A program made the position numbers and the translations under genes. Under the pieces are notes generated by a model, which was given only the letters and a program-made list of their open reading frames with translations, was not told where the DNA came from and made no database searches. 64,000 nt of DNA from Phyllobates terribilis (lineage: Eukaryota): positions 298,282,001-298,346,000 of the forward strand of contig NW_027362762.1 of NCBI RefSeq assembly GCF_046119375.1, read 5' to 3'. How positions within the stretch are numbered: the first letter of the stretch is position 1; every line of letters begins with the position of its first letter. Shown here piece after piece: positions 1-11,020 of the stretch.

Positions 1-522
1 ACCATACAAGCAAATATGCTTCCAAAATGGCACTCCTTTCTTCTGGAGTGTTAGCGTACTCAGGAGAAACTGCACAACAAATTCTATAGTTCATTTTCTC
101 TACCCTTATGAAAATGAAAAATGTTGGGGTTAACCTTTTAACGACTTTGGATTTATAGATACGTCTAAGGTCGCTTCTCCCTCCTCCCTCATTACCGGAG
201 CCTGCATTTTTCCAGGGACATCACAGATGATCTGATCAGCTGTCATGTGCCCCTAAGAGCTGCAGGTGGAAGCGCGATCCACCCGCGGCTGTTGACATGT
301 TAAGTGCCGCTGTCAAACTCCGACAGTGGCATTTAACATGGCCGCACCGGAAGCGCGTCACAAACCACGCCCATTGGCGGGCCCTTCACATGATCGCGGG
401 GCGCCGATGGGTTGACATTACAATGCAGGGTCTTCAGAAGACCCCTGTCGTTGTCATAGCCGATCTGCTATGAGAGCCGCCCAGCGGTCGCGCTCATAGC
501 AGATGAGCATTTGTGTTACACA

Positions 523-1514
523 TGTGACACCCAGGGGTCTGGTTGCCACAGTGATAGAGATATTATGTCTGAGAGCAGGTGGGAGGTCCTTTGGTCAGGG
601 ATCCTGTGCATGCCACACCTCCTGCCCAGTCTTGGGAGGGGAAGAACTTCCCCTATATAAACCCGGGGCTGAAGCAGGGTTAGGAGTCTAGGAGAGTAGA
701 GACAAGAAACAGTCATAGGAAGAAACAGCAGAAGCTCAGTGGGAGCAATACTACTACGAGTCAGGGGCTGGCAGCTGCAGAGCTCGCCCTGACTGAGAAG
801 CTTTCTTACCGGACCCGGCGTCCGAGGCTGTGGGGACTAACTCTTACCCAGCAGCAGAAGCCGACCGGCAGGGGATTTCAGGTCCTCAGGCCCAGAAACC
901 CGAAGGCACGGTCACACGCGTGGGACCAGCACCGCCATCGTGGAGCGGAAGCCATTAGAAGGCCCCGAGTCACCGGCCATACGGGTGAGCACCACACGGT
1001 ACACTCAGGGACGTGGGCTACTTATATCCGCTTCTAGCAAGGTAGCCAGAAGAGTACAGTCAGTTTGGGAGGCCTACAACTCCGCCTGGCCAGGGGAGAT
1101 CCCATCTGCTCAAGGACTGACCAGGCCCCGTTCACTAGCAAGTACTCCGGGAGGGTCTATCGTTGTTACCAGTAAAGACCCTGAATTACACCGCACCGTC
1201 TCTGAGTGGTTCCTGCTACCCCCATCATCCACATCTGCTGCCCTGAGGCCATACCCCTCCCGTTGGGGGTTATACCATCTACGCTGCACCATCCATCCAC
1301 CGGCCTGAGCGGACTGTCCTGCAGCGGCAGCTCCATAGCTGCATTCAACGGGTGGCGTAGTCGTCCTGCATCTACCGCTGTTACATCGCCGCTCAGTTTG
1401 ACTCCCTGGGCACGGACCGGGTCACCGCCACGAGACTACAACCCTCAAGAGATCCGGCTCCGGGTAAGCTCCCGCGTGCGCAACGCAGCGCGACACAGGC
1501 CCAGGGGCGCGTCA
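523..1514 (+). repeat. 5' LTR of the Gypsy element
   Basis: Starts TGTGACAC, ends GCGCGTCA. TATATAAA at 654-661 and a candidate AGTAAA poly(A) signal at 1171-1176. Matches 7354-8345 except for the one substitution I noticed (C909 vs T7740). Confidence 0.95.
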
Positions 1515-1518
1515 ACTT

Positions 1519-1537
1519 TGGCGTAGTCGGCAGGATT
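1519..1537 (+). promoter_or_regulatory. Primer binding site complementary to the 3' end of tRNA-Ser
   Basis: TGGCGTAGTCGGCAGGATT, 4 nt after the LTR, is the reverse complement of the vertebrate tRNA-Ser 3' end (AATCCTGCCGACTACGCCA). Confidence 0.9.
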
Positions 1538-1905
1538 TCGTGCCCGCAACCACCGGGTACTGCGTGCCTGAAAAAGAGACTTTTCAAACTTACCTGTGGT
1601 GAAGATTCCCGCCATCCGGCGCCATCTTCTGCCTTCTTCCCGCCATCCGTGGAGTTTTCCCGCCATTGGACGCCATCTTGAGGACGCCGCGCGGGAAGAA
1701 GAGGGGCGTGGACTCCGAAAGCGCGCGAGAACTGAAGCCCCGCCTCACGTCCGGACGTTGCGTAAGGTCCTGGAAGGAGCCCAGCAGACGCCGACGTCAC
1801 AGGAGCGCGACGGAAGGTCCTCAACCCTGACGATCTACTGCGGAGCCGCGGCCTACGGAACAGGATCATCGCAAGGTAGGCCACGGTCCACTAGGGGGGA
1901 GGAAG

Positions 1906-2886
1906 ATGTCGGATACGGAGGAGAGCTTCACTGCCTCAACCCCCGCCAGCGCTACCGCTGCTGCAGTTATGCCCTTCACCATGCCCTATATCCCGGGAGC
2001 AGCTTGGCTACCCCAGTACTCAGGGGAGTCACATACCCTGCATGACTTTAGAGAAAAGCTGGATAGCCTCTTCCAGGTGTACCCCCTCACAGAAGAGCAA
2101 AAAGTGAGCATCCTGGTGGCCCAACTAACCGGGGCAGCCAAAAGGGAAGTAAAATCCTGGCCACCTGGGAGGAAGACTGTCGCAGGGATACTAACCCGGC
2201 TGAAGGACACCTTTGATACCCGCACCTCAGCCGAGATTAATCTTAGATTCTACGGGTGCAAGCAGCGAGCGCATGAGAGTATAAGGGACTATGCACTAAA
2301 CCTACAAGAGGCCCTGAGGGCCATTAAGCAGACCGACCCTGATGGAGTGGGAAACGAGGACAGGCTGTTGACCGAACAATTTATAGAGGGACTATATTGT
2401 AATGCCCACCGAACCCAGTTGCGGGCGATGGCCTTACAGGATCCCCATCTGGGCTTTGCACAGTTCAAGGACAGAGCCATCCGGGTGCTCCGAGAACCGG
2501 CACCGGGTGGCGTTGTGACCCACAGGCGCCCAGCTATCACTTACCACCAGGAGGCGGCGCCCTTGTCGGCAGGGCCTGTGGGAGCTGATGCGCAGGCTTT
2601 GGACAATGACCCGGCTCCAGACCTACACCATCAGGTCCAAGAGCTAGCTAAGAGCGTTGCTGCGCTAACCCGAACTGTGCAGTCTTTACAGGTTTCCACC
2701 CCAGGGAAGATCCAGCTGGCATCCGGACCGGAGGACATCCCGTGGCGTCGACCAAGGAGGACCCCACCGGCCAGAGGAAGACCCAGTGACCGATACAGCG
2801 AAGACGGACGACCCATCTGCCGCCGCTGCAATCAACCCGGACATATGGCAAGGTACTGTTCTTTAAACGGGCACAACCTGGGGTAG
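1906..2886 (+). CDS. gag: Gypsy Gag, 326 aa, with C-terminal CCHC zinc knuckle
   Basis: ORF following the PBS/leader; capsid-like core and CRRCNQPGHMARYC (CX2CX4HX4C). Confidence 0.93.
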   Translation: MSDTEESFTASTPASATAAAVMPFTMPYIPGAAWLPQYSGESHTLHDFREKLDSLFQVYPLTEEQKVSILVAQLTGAAKREVKSWPPGRKTVAGILTRLKDTFDTRTSAEINLRFYGCKQRAHESIRDYALNLQEALRAIKQTDPDGVGNEDRLLTEQFIEGLYCNAHRTQLRAMALQDPHLGFAQFKDRAIRVLREPAPGGVVTHRRPAITYHQEAAPLSAGPVGADAQALDNDPAPDLHHQVQELAKSVAALTRTVQSLQVSTPGKIQLASGPEDIPWRRPRRTPPARGRPSDRYSEDGRPICRRCNQPGHMARYCSLNGHNLG

Positions 2887-2920
2887 AGGGCCAACCCCCA
2901 GGAAAAAGATCACCAGGCCC
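2862..2920 (+). promoter_or_regulatory. Programmed -1 ribosomal frameshift signal (slippery heptamer plus predicted H-type pseudoknot)
   Basis: T_TTA_AAC at 2862-2868 in gag phase, 8-nt spacer, stem1 2877-2883/2896-2902, stem2 2888-2892/2916-2920; pol lies in the -1 frame. Confidence 0.8.
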
Positions 2921-5900
2921 ATCGAACTGGCGCGACAGATATGTGGGAGGACGTCCAGTCTTGCCTGTGGTACTGGATGGCATTCCCATGAGTGCCCTAC
3001 TGGACACCGGGTCACAGGTCACCACCATCCCGTACGTGCTCTTTAAGCAGTACTGGAATGACTCGGATATTACCCGCTACCCTGACGACGACTTGAGTAT
3101 CATCGCCAGCAATGGTCAGCCCGTGCCACAGATCGGATTTAAAGAGGTGACCATCAAAATCGGTAGAGTCGAACTGGCAGCACAGGGACTGATCATTGTA
3201 GATATTGACAAACATGAGAGTCACCCAAAAATAACTCTAGGAACTAATGTAATTGAAAATTGTCTTGCAGAGGTGATTTTCCTTTTACAGCAGGTTGCCA
3301 AGAACGCCAGCTCCGGCGAGCAGCGGGTGCTCCAGAAAGAGATCCGGGCACTGATGCGACGGCAACAGGTGGAACTCTCCGGCGGTGAGATTGGTAGCGT
3401 AAGAATGTGTGACCCTTTTCCTATTGCCATGCCCCCAAAAAGTGAAATGATGATTTGGTGCCGGGCAGCTATTGGTCTGAGAGGTAGAGATTACCAGGCA
3501 ATGGTAGAACCAGTTTACTCAGACAGTAGGCCCACCATCTTGACAGCACGGGGGGTGGTTAATGTACGCCATGGGAGGGTGCCCGTTCGCATAATCAATA
3601 TCGGGAAGAGGGAAGTGTACCTGCCCCGGTATGCCACGCTAGCCAAATTATATACCATTAACCAAAATGCTATACAATCTGTGGAACCCTTGCCTCCATC
3701 TCACCCGGAGGAAGGTAACGGCTCTAAGAAAACAAAGGAGGACTGGTGTCAGCAACTACATTTGGGTACTGACTCCACTCCCTCACATCAGAAACAGGGA
3801 GTCTATCGGGTGGTTCAAGAGTACGAGAGAGTGTTTAGTAAACACCCGTTAGACTTCGGGCGAGTCAAGGGGGTAGAACACCACATCCCCACGGGAGACC
3901 ATCCTCCCATAAAAGAGAGGTATCGACCCGTACCCCCTGCACACTACCAACACGCCAAGGGGATGCTTAGAGACATGAAGGAGGCTGGGGTGATCAGGGA
4001 TAGCTGTAGCCCCTGGGCAGCTCCACTAGTCTTAGTCAGAAAAAAAGACAACACCATGAGGATGTGTGTAGATTACCGGAAAATCAACCGTATCACACAC
4101 AAGGATGCGTACCCCTTACCAAGGATAGAGGAGTCATTGGCTGCTTTAAGATCTGCTAACTTCTTCTCTACCTTGGATCTCACTAGCGGGTACTGGCAGG
4201 TTCCTGTAGCAGAGGCGGACCGGGAGAAGACCGCATTCACCACCCCGATGGGACTTAGCGAGTTCACCTGCATGCCGTTCGGACTCTGCAACGCACCAGG
4301 AACCTTCCAACGACTAATGGAGTGTTGTCTGGGCCACAGAAACTTCGAGACGGTCCTGTTGTACCTGGACGATGTCATCGTATATTCCAAGACGTATGAG
4401 GACCACCTGAAACACCTGGCTGAAGCGTTCGAAGCTCTGGCGAGTTACGGCCTAAAGGTGAAACCCTCCAAGTGTCACCTCCTGAAACCAAAGGTGCAGT
4501 ACCTGGGACACGTGGTGAGCGCTGACGGAGTGGCTCCCGACCCTGATAAGATCACCGCAATTAAGGAATGGCCAAGCCCCTCCAGCGTAAAAGAAGTGCG
4601 GCAGTTCCTCGGGTTGGTAGGCTACTACCGAAGGTTTATTCCCGGTTTCACCAAAAAGGCAGCACCTATGCAGGACCTCCTGATAGGCCAGTCCCGGAAG
4701 GCCAAGAACCAGAAGCCGCCCTTCAAATGGGAGGAGCTGGAAGAAGAGTCCTTCCGCCAGCTGAAGATGGCCCTCACGGGGGACGAAATCCTGGCGTACC
4801 CGGATTATAGCCAGCCCTTTATCCTCTACACCGACGCCAGTAACATCGGGCTAGGAGCCGTACTGTCCCAGATCCAGCAGGGGAAGGAACGAGTAATCGC
4901 CTACGCCAGCCGAAAACTGCGACCCACCGAAAGGAACCCCGAGAATTACAGCTCATTTAAGCTAGAGTTCCTGGCCGTAGTATGGGCAGTCACCGAGCGC
5001 TTTAAGCATTACCTCGCTTCTTCCCGGTTCACTGTGTACACGGATAACAACCCGTTGACACACCTGGACACGGCAAGACTCGGTGCCCTGGAGCAGAGGT
5101 GGATGGCCCGTCTGTCCAACTACGAGTTCACAATCAAATACCGGGCAGGACGCTCCAATACCAATGCGGACGCCCTGTCCAGGATGCCCAACCTGCCGGA
5201 CGGAGGAGAAGATCCGGAGGGACTAGAAGAAGTTGAACTCCCTGCGTTCCACCGTCATGGGACTATTCAGTATTCCCACCAGGTAAGGAGTAAGCAGGCT
5301 GCTACGTTGAACCCCTTACCTCACTACAACTGGGCGGAAACGCAAGACAGCGACCCTGCCGTCCGACTGGTGAAGGAGATGCTGACTCGGCCGGAGGCTC
5401 GCCTTGAACCAGACGCTCCGGAGGAAGCCAAACAACTATGGGCAGAGAAGAGTCGACTGTTCCTTTACAAAGGGAAGTTGTGCCGCAGAATGGTTAACTC
5501 CCGGACGCATGAATTACTCTGGCAAGTAGTGGTGCCACGAAGGGACGCAGCCATGGTGATGGAGGCATACCACGACGGAGCTGGGCACTTCGGGTGGAAG
5601 AAGCTGGAGTTCCTGCTGCGCGAGCGGTTCCACTGGGTAGGCATGAGGGGAACCATTGAGAAGTGGTGCAGAGACTGTGGCCCGTGCAACCTGAGAAGGA
5701 AGGACCGTGCCAGCCAGAAGACTCCCCTGCAGTCCATCGTCACCCGGCAACCGTTGGAACTGGTAGCCTTGGATCATGTAAAACTGACCCCAAGCAGAAG
5801 TGGCTACGTCTACGCGTTAACCATCGTGGATCATTACTCCCGGTTTCTGGTTGTCGTCCCCGTCAAGGACTTAACGGCTCAAACAGCAGCTAGAGCCTTC

Positions 5901-6998
5901 CAGCAGCACTTTTGCCGTCCACACGGGTACCCGGACCAAGTGCTGACGGACCAGGGACCTGCCTTTGAAGCGGAGGTCTTCCAGGAATTCTGCAATCTGT
6001 ATGGCTGCCGGAAGATAAGGACGACACCCTACCATCCGCAAACTAATGGACTTTGTGAGAAAATGAACCAGGTGGTAATGGATCTTCTAAAAACGTTGCC
6101 CCTGGAAGAACGCAGTCTGTGGCCTGAGAAGTTGCCCGATCTGGTGGACCTATACAACCACATCCCGGTAGGTTCCACCAACTGTACCCCGGCTTACCTA
6201 ATGAGGGCAAGACCTGGTAAGTTACCTGTTGACCTGGAAATGGGAGTCCTGACACCCGAGGACACTTCACCAGAAACAGACTGGGACACAGAGAGGCAGC
6301 AGCAGTACCGGAGAGTACAGGAGAGCGTGGAGCGAAGTCTCTGTCAGGCTAGGGAAAGACAAGAGAAAACTTACAACCAGTATGCTCCCGCTGTTCCCCT
6401 GGTACCCGGAGAGCAGGTCTTGAAGAGGAAGAGACGGCTCCACAAGTTGGATGACCAGTGGGAGAAGGACCCGTACACCGTACTGCCCTCAAGCCACGAG
6501 AACCCGAAGGTTTGTACCATCAGTAAAGACGGAGGGGAAACCACCGCCATTGTATCCCGGGACCACCTGAAGAAGTGTCCCGAACAACTGAAGAACCCTG
6601 AAGAGGAACAAGAAGACCATCGACCCGTAGAGGAAAGGGAAGATATGGTTAGTACTGTGCTCGGGGACTTCCCTCGGTCTTGGACTCAAGTCAATGGTGC
6701 AGTTGTGGTACCCGTACTCACCTTCCTCCAACCAGCATCCCAAGCACCTACGGAGCAACAGGTAGAGCTGGAAGAACAGCCGGTCCAGGAGGCAGAAGAC
6801 TCCACACAAGCAGAACAGGAGGATCAACCCTCTGCTTATAGTGAGCCTGCCGTACCCCTAGTGAGACAAAGAGCCGGTAGACAGCTGCCCAGTTTACCCT
6901 TGACAGCACCTACACCCTGTAGTTCAGGGCCAGACAGTCAGCTCCGTAGGTCCACTAGGGCCACTAGAGGCCAGTTACCCGCACGCTGGAGGATTTGA
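2862..6998 (+). CDS. pol: Gypsy Pol polyprotein (protease, RT, RNase H, integrase), -1 frame relative to gag
   Basis: LLDTGSQVT aspartic protease; YLDD RT; LYTDAS...KLEFLA...VYTDNNPL RNase H; H-H-C-C zinc finger and DDE core (ALDH, LTDQG, EKMN) integrase. The frame is open from the slippery site; the ORF track start at 2943 is a GTG. Confidence 0.96.
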   Translation, partial: FKRAQPGVEGQPPGKRSPGPSNWRDRYVGGRPVLPVVLDGIPMSALLDTGSQVTTIPYVLFKQYWNDSDITRYPDDDLSIIASNGQPVPQIGFKEVTIKIGRVELAAQGLIIVDIDKHESHPKITLGTNVIENCLAEVIFLLQQVAKNASSGEQRVLQKEIRALMRRQQVELSGGEIGSVRMCDPFPIAMPPKSEMMIWCRAAIGLRGRDYQAMVEPVYSDSRPTILTARGVVNVRHGRVPVRIINIGKREVYLPRYATLAKLYTINQNAIQSVEPLPPSHPEEGNGSKKTKEDWCQQLHLGTDSTPSHQKQGVYRVVQEYERVFSKHPLDFGRVKGVEHHIPTGDHPPIKERYRPVPPAHYQHAKGMLRDMKEAGVIRDSCSPWAAPLVLVRKKDNTMRMCVDYRKINRITHKDAYPLPRIEESLAALRSANFFSTLDLTSGYWQVPVAEADREKTAFTTPMGLSEFTCMPFGLCNAPGTFQRLMECCLGHRNFETVLLYLDDVIVYSKTYEDHLKHLAEAFEALASYGLKVKPSKCHLLKPKVQYLGHVVSADGVAPDPDKITAIKEWPSPSSVKEVRQFLGLVGYYRRFIPGFTKKAAPMQDLLIGQSRKAKNQKPPFKWEELEEESFRQLKMALTGDEILAYPDYSQPFILYTDASNIGLGAVLSQIQQGKERVIAYASRKLRPTERNPENYSSFKLEFLAVVWAVTERFKHYLASSRFTVYTDNNPLTHLDTARLGALEQRWMARLSNYEFTIKYRAGRSNTNADALSRMPNLPDGGEDPEGLEEVELPAFHRHGTIQYSHQVRSKQAATLNPLPHYNWAETQDSDPAVRLVKEMLTRPEARLEPDAPEEAKQLWAEKSRLFLYKGKLCRRMVNSRTHELLWQVVVPRRDAAMVMEAYHDGAGHFGWKKLEFLLRERFHWVGMRGTIEKWCRDCGPCNLRRKDRASQKTPLQSIVTRQPLELVALDHVKLTPSRSGYVYALTIVDHYSRFLVVVPVKDLTAQTAARAFQQHFCRPHGYPDQVLTDQGPAFEAEVFQEFCNLYGCRKIRTTPYHPQTNGLCEKMNQVVMDLLKTLPLEERSLWPEKLPDLVDLYNHIPVGSTNCTPAYLMRARPGKLPVDLEMGVLTPEDTSPETDWDTERQQQYRRVQESVERSLCQARERQEKTYNQYAPAVPLVPGEQVLKRKRRLHKLDDQWEKDPYTVLPSSHENPKVCTISKDGGETTAIVSRDHLKKCPEQLKNPEEEQEDHRPVEEREDMVSTVLGDFPRSWTQVNGAVVVPVLTFLQPASQAPTEQQVELEEQPVQEAEDSTQAEQEDQPSAYSEPAVPLVRQRAGRQLPSLPLTAPTPCSSGPDSQLRRSTRATRGQLPARWRI

Positions 6999-7341
6999 AG
7001 TGTATAAATTGTTTTATTTATGTTTATCTGTGTATTGTTGCTTGTGTATAATTTTGTGTTTCCAGTTATTTTTAGGAATCCTTGGTGGATTTACCGGGAA
7101 TCCTTGTACATAGTTGGAGCGTAACCCAGGATGGACTAGAGACTGTTAAGGACTCGGGGTAGGACAGACCCCTACCTGGTTACGTCTCCCTGTTTTGGTG
7201 AAATGGACACCTTGCTTCTTCAAAGACTGCACCCGGTTACGGACATGCCGTGACCACCTTTATGTGTTTCTTATTGTATTGTTATTGTTATATCTTGTTA
7301 TGTTTTTCTAAAATATGTTTAGTCCCGGAGTACTAAATTTC

Positions 7342-7353
7342 ACTAGGGGGGAA
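7342..7353 (+). promoter_or_regulatory. Polypurine tract
   Basis: ACTAGGGGGGAA immediately before the 3' LTR TG at 7354. Confidence 0.88.
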
Positions 7354-8345
7354 TGTGACACCCAGGGGTCTGGTTGCCACAGTGATAGAGATATTATGTC
7401 TGAGAGCAGGTGGGAGGTCCTTTGGTCAGGGATCCTGTGCATGCCACACCTCCTGCCCAGTCTTGGGAGGGGAAGAACTTCCCCTATATAAACCCGGGGC
7501 TGAAGCAGGGTTAGGAGTCTAGGAGAGTAGAGACAAGAAACAGTCATAGGAAGAAACAGCAGAAGCTCAGTGGGAGCAATACTACTACGAGTCAGGGGCT
7601 GGCAGCTGCAGAGCTCGCCCTGACTGAGAAGCTTTCTTACCGGACCCGGCGTCCGAGGCTGTGGGGACTAACTCTTACCCAGCAGCAGAAGCCGACCGGC
7701 AGGGGATTTCAGGTCCTCAGGCCCAGAAACCCGAAGGCATGGTCACACGCGTGGGACCAGCACCGCCATCGTGGAGCGGAAGCCATTAGAAGGCCCCGAG
7801 TCACCGGCCATACGGGTGAGCACCACACGGTACACTCAGGGACGTGGGCTACTTATATCCGCTTCTAGCAAGGTAGCCAGAAGAGTACAGTCAGTTTGGG
7901 AGGCCTACAACTCCGCCTGGCCAGGGGAGATCCCATCTGCTCAAGGACTGACCAGGCCCCGTTCACTAGCAAGTACTCCGGGAGGGTCTATCGTTGTTAC
8001 CAGTAAAGACCCTGAATTACACCGCACCGTCTCTGAGTGGTTCCTGCTACCCCCATCATCCACATCTGCTGCCCTGAGGCCATACCCCTCCCGTTGGGGG
8101 TTATACCATCTACGCTGCACCATCCATCCACCGGCCTGAGCGGACTGTCCTGCAGCGGCAGCTCCATAGCTGCATTCAACGGGTGGCGTAGTCGTCCTGC
8201 ATCTACCGCTGTTACATCGCCGCTCAGTTTGACTCCCTGGGCACGGACCGGGTCACCGCCACGAGACTACAACCCTCAAGAGATCCGGCTCCGGGTAAGC
8301 TCCCGCGTGCGCAACGCAGCGCGACACAGGCCCAGGGGCGCGTCA
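7354..8345 (+). repeat. 3' LTR of the Gypsy element
   Basis: Direct repeat of 523-1514 at offset 6831; the ORF track gives identical translations for both copies. Confidence 0.95.
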
Positions 8346-9107
8346 CACACAGCAGGGCTGAAGCCACACCACACAAGCGATCAGATGAACGCAGCTTCTA
8401 GTTTCCCATGGAGATTACTGAAGTCAGTGAAAAGTAAACAAAAACAAGGTTTTTAAAAATATAAAAAAAAATATATAAGATCAAACCACCCCCCTTTTGC
8501 CCCATTCAAAATAAAACAATTAAAAATCAAATCAAAAATACACGTGTGGTAACGCCGTGTTCGGAATCGCCAGGTCTATCAATATAAAGAATTAATCCGA
8601 TCAACAAACGACGTAACAAGAAAAAGGATCAAAAGCCAGAATTAAGTTGTTTTGGTCGCTGCAACATTGAAATAAAATGCAATAAGGAGTGATCAAAACA
8701 TCGTACCTACCTCAAAATGGTATCAATAAAAACATCAGCTCAGCGCGCAAAAAAATAATGTCTCACCCGGCCCCAGATCACAAAAAATGGAGATGATACG
8801 GGTCTCGGAAAATGGCGACTTTTTTATTTTTTTATTTTTAAGAAACTTTGGATTTTTTTTCACCACTTAAATTAAAAAACCTACACATGTTGGGTATCCA
8901 CAAACTCGTAATGACTTGAAGAATCATAATGGCAGGTCAGTTTTAGCATTTAGTGAACACAGTATAAAAAAAAAAAAAAAAATTGTGGAATTGCACTTTT
9001 TTTCTAATTTCACTGCACTTGGAATTTTTTTTGTTTTACAGTACACTATATAGAAAAATCAATGGTGTAGTTAAAAAGTACAACTCGTCCTGCAAAAAAC
9101 AAACCCT

Positions 9108-9624
9108 ACAAAAACAAAAAAAATGATATCCCAAAAATGGACAGCAGATCAGGAGCCTATGATACCAGAATTTATTGATAAAGTTAACTGGCTTGTAAAT
9201 TTGGAAAAAGGTATATACCTAAAAAGAGAGGCCATCTCTAAATTTGACAAGATATGGGGTCTATGGATTGATGGCTCTTGTTTGACATCTAGGGAACTGA
9301 GGAGATTTCGCCTCGGCTTGCTTTGAGTTACGTTTATATGATGCCTCAAATTAAACTTCTTTGAAAATTAATAAAAATGTTATTAGTACTTCCACAAGTT
9401 ATATGTAATTGGATTGACTATTGTCACTATGCTCAAATATTTGTTCATCTAATAATGCTGGTTTTGCAGAGCCAAGATGTATAAATAACTCATGTTTAAT
9501 GCTTCTTAAGGTTGGGGGGTGGAGAACTGTGTTTCTCCAATGTTTGTCTGGTTTTTCATTTTTTTTTCCCTTTGTGCTAATCTTTATAAAAATCAACAAA
9601 AAACATTTGATTTAAAAGAAAAAC
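9108..9624 (+). mobile_element. 5'-truncated L1-clade LINE (ORF2 C-terminus plus 3' UTR and A-rich tail)
   Basis: Remnant QKWTADQEPMIPEFIDKVNWLVNLEKGIYLKREAISKFDKIWGLW resembles L1 ORF2 ends; A-rich tail; TSD AAACAAACCCT at 9097-9107 and 9625-9635. Confidence 0.75.
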
Positions 9625-11020
9625 AAACAAACCCTCACATGGCCATATTGACAGCAAAATAAAAAAAATATGGCTCTGGGAAGAAGGGGAGCAAAAAATG
9701 ATAACGCAAAAACCCAAGGTGGTGAAAGCAACATTTTTGTGGGAAATTTTTTTTTTCCCATTTTCATGGCTCAACGTTATAAAATTCTGCAAAGCACCTG
9801 TGAATTCAAGATGCTCACCACACATCTAAATAAATTCCCTATGGGGTATAGTTTTGAAAATGGTATCACTTGTGGAGGTGCCCACTGTTTAGGGGTTCTG
9901 CAAACATGACATGGCGTCCGCCATCTATTCCAGCCAAGTTGGTTCTCCAAAAGTGAAATGGTGCTCCTTCCCTTCCGAGCCCCGATGCATGCCCGAACAA
10001 TAGTTTTCCACCAGATATGAGGTATTTGTGTACTCAGGAGAAATTATAAAACAAATTGTAAGTTCTATTTTCTCCTCTTACTTTCATGAAAATGAAAGAT
10101 TTGGGGCTAATGCAACAATTTCGTGTGAAAAATTAAAATGTCCTTTTTTTTTTCTTCCACATTGCTTTAATTCCAGTGAAGCACCTAAAGGGTTAATAAA
10201 CTTATTGAATGTCATTTTTAGCACTTTTTTGCCGTTTTTAAAAAGGTGTCACTTTGGGGTATTTTCTGACACATATGCCCCTCAAAGTCACTTCAAATGT
10301 GATGCGGTTCCTAAAAAAATTGGTTTTGTAGATTTTATTGGAAAAATAAAGAGCCCTTCTAACTTCTTAACAAAAAAAAGTTTGAAACATTATGCTGATG
10401 TAAAGTAGACATGTGGTTAATGCTATTTATTATCTATTTTGTATGGTATAACTATCTGATTTAAGGGCATAAAAATTAAAAGTTCAAAATTGCAAAATTT
10501 TCAAATTTTTTGGGGTCAAATTTGAACATTTTCATAAAGAAACGCAAATCATATTGACCAAAGTTTACTACTGCCATGAAGTACAATGTGTCAAGAAAAA
10601 AACAGTCTCAGAATCAGTGGGATCCGTTGAAGTGTTCCAAAGTTATAATCTCATAAATTGAAACTGGTCAGAATTATAAATTTGGCCTGGTCCAGCATGT
10701 GAAAGGGTTAAAACTACAGGTTTTCATTTCAAATCTAAACAGCTTTATTTGTAAACGGGTTTAGAAACGCTTTAACAGGATCTAGTTATTATTTTAACAT
10801 GTTGGCAACTATAAATCAGTCAGCAATTAACAGTTGCTTAACAGAGAGAATATGTGTTTATCACTAAACACTAGTGTTGAGCATTCCGATACTGAAATAT
10901 CGGGTATCGGCCGATATTCGCGGTATCGGAATTCCGATACTTAATTCCGATACTTTTGCAATATCGTATACCGGAATCGGAAGTTCCCATAATGCAATGA
11001 GCCATTTTCATTTTATTCAG

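Larger units (their letters stand above)
523..8345 (+). mobile_element. Full-length, apparently intact Gypsy/Ty3 LTR retrotransposon
   Basis: TG...CA LTRs at 523-1514 and 7354-8345 (992 bp each), 4-bp TSD CACA (519-522, 8346-8349), PBS, PPT, and uninterrupted gag and PR-RT-RH-IN pol. Confidence 0.97.
134..10707. mobile_element. Non-autonomous piggyBac-like (TTAA) DNA element, split by the Gypsy and L1 insertions
   Basis: TTAA at 130-133 followed by CCTTTT; ends AAAGGG|TTAA (10708-10711). The right end is the reverse complement of the left end of the element at 51097, and the host sequence is continuous across both nested insertions. Confidence 0.65.

Noticed and set aside
940-1526. ORFs of 106-139 aa within the LTRs (also 7771-8456 and 17404-18025)
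   Set aside because: They are duplicated only because the LTRs are; no recognisable domains, and they are truncated or altered in the solo LTR.
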